Source of the DNA: an uncultured archaeon | GTDB lineage: Archaea; Asgardarchaeota; Lokiarchaeia; Sigyniarchaeales; SOKP01 | Assembly: GCA_964388035.1 (NCBI GenBank) | Contig: CAYLZE010000032.1 | Location: 1 to 46,247, forward strand | Direction of reading: 5' to 3' | DNA: 46,247 nucleotides | Part shown: in pieces, positions 38,295 to 46,247 of the stretch | How positions within the stretch are numbered: the first letter of the stretch is position 1 | Layout of the letters: each line of letters opens with the position of its first letter | Notes under the pieces: model-generated | Database searches by the model: none | Told to the model about the DNA's origin: nothing | Seen by the model: only the letters and a program-made list of their open reading frames with translations | Made by a program: the position numbers and the translations under genes

Positions 38295-38597
38295 TTGTCC
38301 GAAAAAGAAGATAAAATATTAATTAGAAAGGGAACTCTCAATTTACGACGGAAATATGGGAGAACCAAGCAATTAGATGTAATTGAAAGAGATGCATTCA
38401 TTCCCAAAAACCTAGAAGATGAGATAAAAGAAAATATTTTAAAAAGAAAGTCGACCACCGCTACAGATATTGCCATAAAATATGATGTGAGGGTATCGAC
38501 AGTCAAACTTCTATTAGAGAAATATGTGGAAGAAGGGCTCATAAAATTATCGGATCCTTCTTTAAAATTAAAAATTTATGTACCTACTTCTCAATAA
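38295..38597 (+). CDS. rps25e: Ribosomal protein eS25
   Basis: 100-aa basic winged-helix protein, TATDIAIKYDVRVSTVKLLLEKYVEEGLIKL...KIYVP; TTG start. Confidence 0.75.
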   Translation: MSEKEDKILIRKGTLNLRRKYGRTKQLDVIERDAFIPKNLEDEIKENILKRKSTTATDIAIKYDVRVSTVKLLLEKYVEEGLIKLSDPSLKLKIYVPTSQ

Positions 38598-38761
38598 CTA
38601 GCAAAATACTCTATTTAGATGTTATTTTTCTAAATTGAAAAGCATTTTAACAGGTATTTTTAATTTATTCTATTGAAGTTTACAAATGTGGTGCAATTAT
38701 TAGGGGGGAATCTTTTCTACAAAGTAAGGTTATTGATATTGAATTTCAAATTATGTTATCT

Positions 38762-38873
38762 GCAGATGTAGCCTAGTTGGTAAGACGCCAGCCTCGAGTA
38801 AGAATTAATAAGCATCAATATCAAGTAAGCTGGTGCGCGATAGCGCTCGGGGGTTCGAATCCCTCCATCTGCG
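38762..38873 (+). tRNA. tRNA-Ser(CGA) with 29-nt intron at 37/38
   Basis: Acceptor GCAGATG/CATCTGC with G73 and no encoded CCA; anticodon stem CCAGC/GCTGG; anticodon CGA 38795-38797; long variable arm GCGC-GATA-GCGC; T-arm GGGGG-TTCGAAT-CCCTC. Confidence 0.93.
38799..38827 (+). other. tRNA intron (relaxed BHB/BHL)
   Basis: Lies between G37 (38798) and A38 (38828). Central helix CUCG/CAAG has one C.A mismatch; bulges are AG^U and UA^A. Confidence 0.85.
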
Positions 38874-38898
38874 TTATTTATCATGTGGAGAATGATTT

Positions 38899-39963
38899 AT
38901 GGATAGGGGAATCTTGGTATTAGGTGAATTGCACGAAGATTTGTATTATGAAAATGATTTTTTTGATATTTTCATGGAAAAGTTAAAAAATAGACTCTAC
39001 AGTTTCATTTATAACAATCCGGATGATATTTCACGAAATGTAATCGATAGAATCAGTAGTAATGTCCTCTCTGAATTGCCGAAAAAAATCTCCAGTAATT
39101 GCTTTATTAAAAGGGGGGGAAATGGCAATAACTCCGCGGAATTCCTTGCCCGTTTAGGAGTTTCAACTAAATTAATTTCAGTTATTGGAATGGGGGCTGA
39201 TTGGATGATAAAAGAATTGTCTGAAATGGGTATTGATACTAGTGATATCTATAAAATTAATGAATTAACACCCGTCAGTACCATAATAAAATCAAACATC
39301 ACGACAAAAATATTTCTCGCACCAAAATTAAAAAACCGAATGAATTTCAAGGATATTATCATTCCAGAGGACCATTTTCGTGGTTATAAAATTATTTTTA
39401 CAACCCCTTTAGCAGGCAAGTTCATGGAAATCCACGAGAAATGCAGGAAATTGAATCTAATTACCGCTTTTAATATCGAATTACAAAAGATTACTCAAAT
39501 TGAACAACTCAATTCTCTTTTAAAAAATAGATATGATCTTTTATTCATTAATGTTCAAGATGCCTATAAAATTATAGGGCGAGAATGCCCTATTGGAGAA
39601 GTGGATGAAATTTTCAAGAAATGGACACGGATTCGAATATATACGGAAGGAAAAGCGGGTTCTTATCTATTTTCGGATATAACCCCCGAATTAAAAATAC
39701 CTTCCATTAACGTGCAAGTAATAGACCGAACGGGAGCGGGAGATTGTTATGCAGCGGGTTTTCTTGCTAAATTTTATGATTTAATAGAAAATAAACATGC
39801 TTTAGACATATTACTTCAAAAAGAAAATTCTTTAAAATTGCAAGAAATCTTGAAGGAATGTGGAATATTCGCATCCTACACTTCAGCATATAAAATATCC
39901 AAACAAAGCGCTCCAAATAAAGATCAAATTCAGGAATTTTTAAGATTGAAGCAAAATGGATAA
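38899..39963 (+). CDS. PfkB/ribokinase-family carbohydrate kinase
   Basis: RGGNGNNSAEFLARLG and VIDRTGAGDCYAAGF signatures. Confidence 0.92.
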   Translation: MDRGILVLGELHEDLYYENDFFDIFMEKLKNRLYSFIYNNPDDISRNVIDRISSNVLSELPKKISSNCFIKRGGNGNNSAEFLARLGVSTKLISVIGMGADWMIKELSEMGIDTSDIYKINELTPVSTIIKSNITTKIFLAPKLKNRMNFKDIIIPEDHFRGYKIIFTTPLAGKFMEIHEKCRKLNLITAFNIELQKITQIEQLNSLLKNRYDLLFINVQDAYKIIGRECPIGEVDEIFKKWTRIRIYTEGKAGSYLFSDITPELKIPSINVQVIDRTGAGDCYAAGFLAKFYDLIENKHALDILLQKENSLKLQEILKECGIFASYTSAYKISKQSAPNKDQIQEFLRLKQNG

Positions 39964-39976
39964 ATTAGTCTTCACG

Positions 39977-40915
39977 CTATTGAATCAATTGTAGAATAAA
40001 ATTTTCCATTTTGGGTTTTGCCGCTTCAATTTTATCTAATAACGAAACCGTTTTTTCTAAATCTTGCTCTTCCTCTTCTATAATAAAGAGCAAATAAAAG
40101 TCCAAGGTGCCAATGTTTAAAACCTCCACCACGCCTGAAAATCTCTGACCATTTTTAAATTTATCTGAAAATTCATAAAGCTCTTTATTTTCAGCAATTA
40201 TTCGCTTTTGAATATCAATATAGATATCATAGATTTTTAATTTTTCTCGTAAATGAAGGTGAGGTCGATAATATTCCCCAATTGTCACGCCTCTAGAATC
40301 AAAAAGAGCAATCATGATTGCATTATATTGTTCGCAAATATCCGAAAATAGCCCCGAAAGCATTTCCATTTTATCGAATAATAACGATAATCCACTGGAA
40401 AAGGCATCCATGATGGATTTGATGTCGTAGATGCTCGTTTCAAAAAAGAAAATATCAAATTCTCCGCTGAACTTGGTCAAATTCTGCTTTAACACTAAGA
40501 TGTTTCTATTCAATTCTTTATCGCGAACCAACTCGGGATCGAATTTATGAAACAATATTGCCACGGGTGTATCACTCTGTACTTCCTTGAAATAAGTTAA
40601 TACTTGTTCTAAGTAATCTATTGATTCATTATATCTTTTATTATCCTGAGCGTCGATCACGTAAAATAATAGATCGGTTCCCGAAAGGTACTTGCTCGGA
40701 TTTTTCAAATATTCTTTTCTATATTGTAGTTGCCCCCCAAAATCCATTTGGGTGAATTCTATGCCTAAAAACCGGAAGGTATCCCGTGCAATTCTCCTGG
40801 TGGGCATCATTTCTTCAATTTCTTCCTCAAAACCAAATCTTTTTGTTATTGCGGTAATGATGGACGTCTTTCCGGCATTATCCAACCCTAAAAAAGCGAT
40901 TTTTCGAGTCAACAT
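39977..40915 (-). CDS. Rag/Arf-like small GTPase with C-terminal roadblock/longin-like domain
   Basis: G1 GLDNAGKT, G2 PT, G3 DFGGQ, G4 HKFD and G5 ETSI, plus a ~130-aa C-terminal alpha/beta domain (IALFDSRGVTIGEY). Confidence 0.88.
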   Translation of the reverse strand: MLTRKIAFLGLDNAGKTSIITAITKRFGFEEEIEEMMPTRRIARDTFRFLGIEFTQMDFGGQLQYRKEYLKNPSKYLSGTDLLFYVIDAQDNKRYNESIDYLEQVLTYFKEVQSDTPVAILFHKFDPELVRDKELNRNILVLKQNLTKFSGEFDIFFFETSIYDIKSIMDAFSSGLSLLFDKMEMLSGLFSDICEQYNAIMIALFDSRGVTIGEYYRPHLHLREKLKIYDIYIDIQKRIIAENKELYEFSDKFKNGQRFSGVVEVLNIGTLDFYLLFIIEEEEQDLEKTVSLLDKIEAAKPKMENFILQLIQ

Positions 40916-41164
40916 TTACACCATGTAATTTCTATATTACATTTTAGAATAGTAATACTTTTTCTAACAAATAATAAAGAATAGTAATAATTTAATTTTG
41001 ATTATCTCTAAAAAATATTATCGAATTGATTCCTAATAAATTTGTTTCAAAAATAATATATAAATTCTTGCTTTTTAGAAAACCAGATATATCAATAGTT
41101 TTTTAATAAAAATTTACCATGGTAGAATTCAATGGAAATTAGCCTTAAAAAATTAGAAAAAACC

Positions 41165-41446
41165 TTACCCTCCTGATACTGGAATTGAAAGAAAAAGTTG
41201 GTCCCCGTCATTTAATCTTGTCTTGTATTTCTTTAAATAGTTAATATTTTTACCATTCAAAAGAATTAATATGCTTTCATGCAATTTTTTTCCATTCGCA
41301 CTTAACAAGCCATCATCCAACTTATCTCCATGATCTTTTAAGAATTTATTTATTACTTCTTTCACATTCTTGCCTTCATATTTTAAAGATTTTTCCTTCA
41401 CTTTTAGGGCAAATATATTGAGTAAATTTAGATCTACTTCAGCCAT
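41165..41446 (-). CDS. MoaD/ThiS/SAMP ubiquitin-like sulfur carrier
   Basis: ILLNGKNI...TRLNDGDQLFLSIPVSGG, ending in di-glycine. Confidence 0.92.
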   Translation of the reverse strand: MAEVDLNLLNIFALKVKEKSLKYEGKNVKEVINKFLKDHGDKLDDGLLSANGKKLHESILILLNGKNINYLKKYKTRLNDGDQLFLSIPVSGG

Positions 41447-41570
41447 ATTGTGTTCTAGAAGGTGAGTAGCTTATTAAATTTAATTTTAATAGATCGAAAG
41501 AATTTTTTAAGATACTCCTAACGAGTATAACATTAAAATGAATTTTGTATACTCCTGATTAGTATTTTAG

Positions 41571-42806
41571 TTACTTTTTTTGATTTAACACGATTTTATT
41601 TAAAGTGATCATCTTGTTCTTAATGTTCTCCTCAATATTCAAAGATTTATAGAGAGTGATTATTTCTGTTTCATCAAAGTTTTGATCTTTTGGTTTAAAT
41701 GCACAATAATTGGGTTCTTGTAATTTTTTTGAAATTTGTGTTAAGAATTGTTCAATTTCTTTCGAGGTAAAACCAATATTCGGAGTGAAAATGGGGTCAT
41801 TTGCAAATAAATAATTGAGGGAAAGAGTTTTTAAATCAATATAATCCGGGCACTCTGTTCGATTATTAATATTGAGACCATCCGAGATCGCTTTAAATCC
41901 TTTAGGATTAACTTCATTCCAATCATGGTGAAATTTCCAAAACACGTATAATCGCAGTAATCTACAAATAGCACAAGTATAGTGGTTTGTTAATTCATTC
42001 TTGAAGAATGTATTTATAATATCATGCAAATCAACTTGAATTACGGTTAACTGAGTAAAGGGTATGTATTTAAGAATTTCTTGCCAATTCCTTAATCTTG
42101 CGTTAAATTCTTCAATATTATTATTGAGATTAAATAATACGGGAGAAATGGTACATCCTCGTTTCATTAGCAAAAAACCTGCCAATAGATCGTCTAATCT
42201 CCCCACATCCATTACCATTATCTTTTTATGAAACTCGATCGGTAATCCTTTCCAAATACTCTCAATAATCTGGGTATGGATATAAGCAAATTGTCCCCTT
42301 ACTTCTATGTATATTACCTTTTTCGGATTTGATAAATTCACGCTTATATTTTTTTTATCAGAAAACCGATCCATTATTGCTTGCCCTACTAGAGTAGCAA
42401 CATCTTGCGATGTAAATTCTTGTTTCCCCGCTCTTTTTGCTCGTATGGCAAAAGTATCGTCTTGCTCTAATACTTGTTCGCAAACCTCTAATGATCGTTC
42501 AATTATATTTTTCATATCATGAGATGTTCTTAACGCGGGACTCATGGTTTGGATACCAAACACTCTTTTAAGTACTTCGATTGCTTGGGGGATCTTTTCA
42601 TTTTTAAAGAAGAAAAAGATGCGGGTAGAATCTGAACTAAGTTGATATTTCGAAAACGCTACTCCCGCAATATTAAGCATCATGACAATATTTTTAATTA
42701 AAATTTTCACCAGATGTATTTTTACTTTCTGAGATTTAAGCCATATCTCCGCATTATAATCAATTTTGACTAAATTATAACAATTTAATAGGTTTAATGA
42801 AGACAT
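41571..42806 (-). CDS. ThiI-like THUMP-domain protein with degenerate PP-loop
   Basis: LKRVFGI; THUMP TFAIRAKRAGKQEFTSQDV...VNLSNPKKVIYIEVR; KGLP; LMKRGC; CAIC. The PP-loop reads DVGRLDD instead of SGGIDS. Confidence 0.8.
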   Translation of the reverse strand: MSSLNLLNCYNLVKIDYNAEIWLKSQKVKIHLVKILIKNIVMMLNIAGVAFSKYQLSSDSTRIFFFFKNEKIPQAIEVLKRVFGIQTMSPALRTSHDMKNIIERSLEVCEQVLEQDDTFAIRAKRAGKQEFTSQDVATLVGQAIMDRFSDKKNISVNLSNPKKVIYIEVRGQFAYIHTQIIESIWKGLPIEFHKKIMVMDVGRLDDLLAGFLLMKRGCTISPVLFNLNNNIEEFNARLRNWQEILKYIPFTQLTVIQVDLHDIINTFFKNELTNHYTCAICRLLRLYVFWKFHHDWNEVNPKGFKAISDGLNINNRTECPDYIDLKTLSLNYLFANDPIFTPNIGFTSKEIEQFLTQISKKLQEPNYCAFKPKDQNFDETEIITLYKSLNIEENIKNKMITLNKIVLNQKK

Positions 42807-42847
42807 TAGATGTTCCTGGTTTTCTAATTTAATTTAAAATGAGATTC

Positions 42848-44428
42848 TTATAAATCTAAATGATACTTTCCTATAATATTCACTTCCTTCAAGCGTAAAT
42901 CATGATCTTTTAAAACTACCAAGCCATCTTTAAAAATTTCGATTTCTGTGATTACTTCGGGGAAGGTTTTCCCCTTTAAATTGCCCCCATTGGAAAAAAT
43001 AGTGTTCTCGATTTTCATGTTAAAGGAAATGCTCGGAGAATTATTCAAAATTAGCTGTATTGGAGAGTGAGCAAACTGAGATAATGCATCTCCCGAATCC
43101 ATTAACTCAGAACGCCATACAGAAAGAGGCGTGGGTATGAGATTATGAAAAAAGAATACTCCTACGAATTTGTGAGCGCTTAAATGAAGTATGCGATCGA
43201 TAAAATCATTCAATCGTTTTCTCCCAATAAACCCAATTTTAGAATCAATAGTGGTAGAATTTATTCCTTGAAAGTAGATCTGATCATCTTCAAAATGGGG
43301 ATTTAAGGAACCAAAATATTGTTGCCAATGTTCCCAAGAAGGTGGTTTTGAATCATTATGCCCCGGGACTACCCTATAAGGAAAGATCAATTTATCTAAT
43401 TTTTTTTTAGCGATTTGGAACTCCTTTTCGAGACTATTTTTTGTAAGATTTCCCACGTGTAAGACTAAATTTACATCTTTCAGGGAATTAATTTTCTCAA
43501 TGGCGTCATCCATGGAGGTTGCTTTCTCCTCATCATCCGTCGTGATCAATGAATTCGAAATCTGAACGAATCGATATTTTGTTTTTTCATTTTGTGGGAT
43601 TTCTTGAAGATTATAATTATGGATCACCCGGTTAATTTCTTTGTCATTGTTTTCTTCTAAAACCGGTAGGATCCTGAACCTTAATTTATTCCCTTGGATA
43701 TCGATCACGTTATACGTGAATAATTCTCTATATCTGGTTTTATAACAGCTGAACGTTCCTGAATTGAAAATATACAAATCTTTATGAGAGCTGCAGGTAG
43801 TATAGAGATTAGAAATGTGGCGATGCCCGTTAATCACCAAATCTGCCTTGGTGTCAAATAGCATCTTTATCACGTTTCCCGAATCATCAATTGCTGATCG
43901 CTCGCGTCCCGTGAAGGGTACAGGAATCAATTGATGGTGAAAACAAATTATTTTAACTTTAGACTCTCTCTCGGACTGCGTTAATTCTCTCTCCATGAGT
44001 TTAACAGTATCGTGATGAATAATACCACTGGGTAAATCCGGCTTCGTGCTATCAATACCCATGATATAAAGATTTTCATCCTCGTGCTCAAAATGTCTTT
44101 CGCCAATTATTTCCTCAAAAAGCAAGTATCCCACGTTCAACGCATCATGATTTCCTATGATATATTTTATAGGCGCCTTCGATATGGGATTAAACTTTTC
44201 CATTTGTTCTAAGGTAAATTCATAATCCAATAACGTCCCTGATGAGGTTAAATCTCCTAAATGTAAGTATAATGACACGTTTCTTATTTGGTTGATTTTC
44301 TTCATTCCCAAATTAAATACATGAAGATTAAAATCGGATCCTGAATGTGTTATGTGTGTATCCGAAATAATCACTAACCTTTTAGACTTTGTAAAAGTGT
44401 TTTTTAATTGAACTGTTTTTTCTAACAT
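42848..44428 (-). CDS. Tandem calcineurin-like metallophosphoesterase (second domain degenerate)
   Basis: Domain 1 has SDTH, GDLT, GNHD, FHH and GHRH. The equivalent positions in domain 2 are SNSL, GNLT, GHND, FHN and NNSP. Confidence 0.88.
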   Translation of the reverse strand: MLEKTVQLKNTFTKSKRLVIISDTHITHSGSDFNLHVFNLGMKKINQIRNVSLYLHLGDLTSSGTLLDYEFTLEQMEKFNPISKAPIKYIIGNHDALNVGYLLFEEIIGERHFEHEDENLYIMGIDSTKPDLPSGIIHHDTVKLMERELTQSERESKVKIICFHHQLIPVPFTGRERSAIDDSGNVIKMLFDTKADLVINGHRHISNLYTTCSSHKDLYIFNSGTFSCYKTRYRELFTYNVIDIQGNKLRFRILPVLEENNDKEINRVIHNYNLQEIPQNEKTKYRFVQISNSLITTDDEEKATSMDDAIEKINSLKDVNLVLHVGNLTKNSLEKEFQIAKKKLDKLIFPYRVVPGHNDSKPPSWEHWQQYFGSLNPHFEDDQIYFQGINSTTIDSKIGFIGRKRLNDFIDRILHLSAHKFVGVFFFHNLIPTPLSVWRSELMDSGDALSQFAHSPIQLILNNSPSISFNMKIENTIFSNGGNLKGKTFPEVITEIEIFKDGLVVLKDHDLRLKEVNIIGKYHLDL

Positions 44429-44438
44429 GGATTCATGT

Positions 44439-45179
44439 TCATGAATTTGTTTTTAATCGAGCAGGATGTCCCCAATATACTCCATTTTCTTCTAAAATTT
44501 CATCACGATCAGTGTAAGAATGTGCTGATAAGCAAGAATTCTTTTTTATCACTGTTCCTGGCAATAGCACGCATTTTGCCCCTATCAAAACATTATCTTC
44601 AATACAGACTTTTTTTATAATTAATTTTTCTTGTTCCAGACCGTGGCTTAAAATCACGCTGCCCATTCCAATAATCACGTTTTTACCTATAGACACATAT
44701 TCAGGAGAGATCCAGCTATTATCGCACAAAGTACGAGATCCAATCCTTGTCCCGAAAAAGCGCAACATGAATCTATTCTTACACCAAGGAAAAGGGTTGG
44801 AGGCAGATACTAGTAAAGACCATTTTTTTATCAAGTTTCTCACGTTCCAAAACAAATAATCTTTATTAAAACGGCTTCTATCAAAAACTCCTTCTTTAGG
44901 GGGATGCATGAGATTAAGTAAGGCAATAAGAAAAGAAGCAAAAATAACAGCACTGAATTGAATGATGTAAATTCCAATAAGAAAATTGAAAGGTATTAAG
45001 ATAAAAAACAAAATATAATACTGGGAATTCCATAACCATGAATAGTAAAAGAGCTCATATACCGAAAATGGAAAAAAACTGAACATGATGTTAATTATAT
45101 ATAGAAAAAGATACCTTTTCCTAATCTCCTCATCCACGGGAGTGGGAGAGATACCTTTAAGACTAGCAGGCTGAAACAT
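44439..45179 (-). CDS. Membrane-anchored hexapeptide-repeat (left-handed beta-helix) acyltransferase-like protein
   Basis: Two TMs, HPPKEGVF, FGTRIG, VSIGKNVIIG, IEDNVLIGAKCVLLPGT and WGHPA. The start overlaps the upstream stop (TAATG). Confidence 0.8.
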   Translation of the reverse strand: MFQPASLKGISPTPVDEEIRKRYLFLYIINIMFSFFPFSVYELFYYSWLWNSQYYILFFILIPFNFLIGIYIIQFSAVIFASFLIALLNLMHPPKEGVFDRSRFNKDYLFWNVRNLIKKWSLLVSASNPFPWCKNRFMLRFFGTRIGSRTLCDNSWISPEYVSIGKNVIIGMGSVILSHGLEQEKLIIKKVCIEDNVLIGAKCVLLPGTVIKKNSCLSAHSYTDRDEILEENGVYWGHPARLKTNS

Positions 45180-46042
45180 TACACATCCCCCTTATTAGCT
45201 TTAGTATTATCTAAACTCTCTATGGTTTTTTTCTTTCCCCTAATTTTTTCAGCTTTTTCTTTTGAATCTTCTAAGCTTTGAATGAGAAAGCTTTTATCCA
45301 CCGGCGTGCCCACGTGAATTAAATTACTTTTTAATTCTTGATTAATCCAAGTATAACTATTCGCTCCCAAAATCGCCTCATCTTGCATGACCGTTCCCGG
45401 AGATATGAGTGTTTGAGGTCCGACAATACAATACTTCCCTACTTTCACCTTCTTAATGATTAGCTTGTCTTGATAGAGAAGGTGAGAAAAAATTAAAGTA
45501 TGTAATGAAGTCATGGTAAAATCCCCTATCTCCACGAAAATCGGATCAATATATCCCTCGTATGCCACTACCTTTTTCCCTATGCGTGTACCGAAAAAGT
45601 TGTAACAAATAACATCCACCCAAGGCATGGGTAATGCACGAGCTAACCATATGGGAAAATATGCCGTCCAAAACCTCCTGTGCATGTACTTCCAATCCTT
45701 ACTTCCTCTTTGGAATACCCCTTCCCGAGGAGGATGTAAAAAATTGAGTATCTTTAGGACCAGGGTTGAAAACAAGCTAATTGTAATGAAAAATAAGAAT
45801 AGATTGCCGTATATATTTAAGGGAATTAAAAACCATTCATACCAAGCGATTGAAGAAGAAATAGGCGTGATTCGATTTCCCGTTAAAAAAAAATAGACAT
45901 GATCAATAAACCACGCGTTGACTAAATATAAGACCATTCCTCCTACGAATAATTGGAGAATTATTATTAATGTAAAAGGAGTTTTATACACTCCCGATGA
46001 AGAAATATATGGGGGAGATTCTAGATTTTCTGCGGGCTCCAT
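45179..46042 (-). CDS. Membrane-anchored hexapeptide-repeat acyltransferase-like protein (paralogue of downstream gene)
   Basis: Two TMs, HPPREGVF, FGTRIG, VKVGKYCIVGPQTLISPGT and HVGTP. Confidence 0.8.
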   Translation of the reverse strand: MEPAENLESPPYISSSGVYKTPFTLIIILQLFVGGMVLYLVNAWFIDHVYFFLTGNRITPISSSIAWYEWFLIPLNIYGNLFLFFITISLFSTLVLKILNFLHPPREGVFQRGSKDWKYMHRRFWTAYFPIWLARALPMPWVDVICYNFFGTRIGKKVVAYEGYIDPIFVEIGDFTMTSLHTLIFSHLLYQDKLIIKKVKVGKYCIVGPQTLISPGTVMQDEAILGANSYTWINQELKSNLIHVGTPVDKSFLIQSLEDSKEKAEKIRGKKKTIESLDNTKANKGDV

Positions 46043-46247
46043 CTCAAAATTTTGATTCTATATTTTTTATAATGATTAATATTATGTTTGAACATAAATA
46101 TTTTAGTCTATTAAACAGCTTGCCATTTAGTAAAAAACGATTACTTAAATAGGTAAAAAACTAAAATTTCATTTTAATATAAATCAACCAAATTTATGAT
46201 AAAATCTTTCTTATTTATAATTAAGATGAAAAATAATAATCCCAATT

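Noticed and set aside
983-45896. Short antisense or overlapping track ORFs (e.g. 983..1213, 1537..1815, 3532..3852, 9402..9833, 13067..13441, 26666..26890, 38279..38542, 45627..45896)
   Set aside because: They are shadows of well-supported genes with no recognisable motifs. The duplicated ones simply reflect the DNA repeat.
1-46247. Genome-wide UGA reassignment
   Set aside because: TGA ends ordinary genes at 185, 5832 and 13487 at their natural C-termini.

Overview
AT-rich (~30% GC by eye) archaeal DNA. The gene content (HEAT-LRR paralogues, gelsolin domain, longin proteins, Rag/Arf-like GTPase, eS25, Sec-containing HdrA/MvhD with a eukaryote-type SECIS) points to an Asgard archaeon, most likely Lokiarchaeia. 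Main discoveries: (1) The AMP phosphorylase gene is interrupted inside its catalytic DKHSTGGVPGNK motif by a 30-nt stop-rich insert. The insert folds into a bulge-helix-bulge-type splice motif, and canonical cleavage restores the frame and motif exactly, so this is a probable tRNA-endonuclease-type intron in an Asgard mRNA. (2) An hdrA-mvhD operon has four in-frame UGA (selenocysteine) codons and one kink-turn SECIS; the ORF track splits hdrA and misses mvhD. (3) A tandem two-gene cassette pairs large surface proteins with exchangeable lectin heads (pentraxin/LamG vs PA14) with a translationally coupled longin/winged-helix partner. The copies share an identical, GC-rich 1.33-kb module covering the TM, tail and partner. 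(4) A Bud23-like rRNA methyltransferase lies next to eS25 and an intron-containing tRNA-Ser(CGA). (5) There are candidate non-AUG starts or a +1 frameshift. All protein family calls come from motif recognition by eye; no database searches were run.
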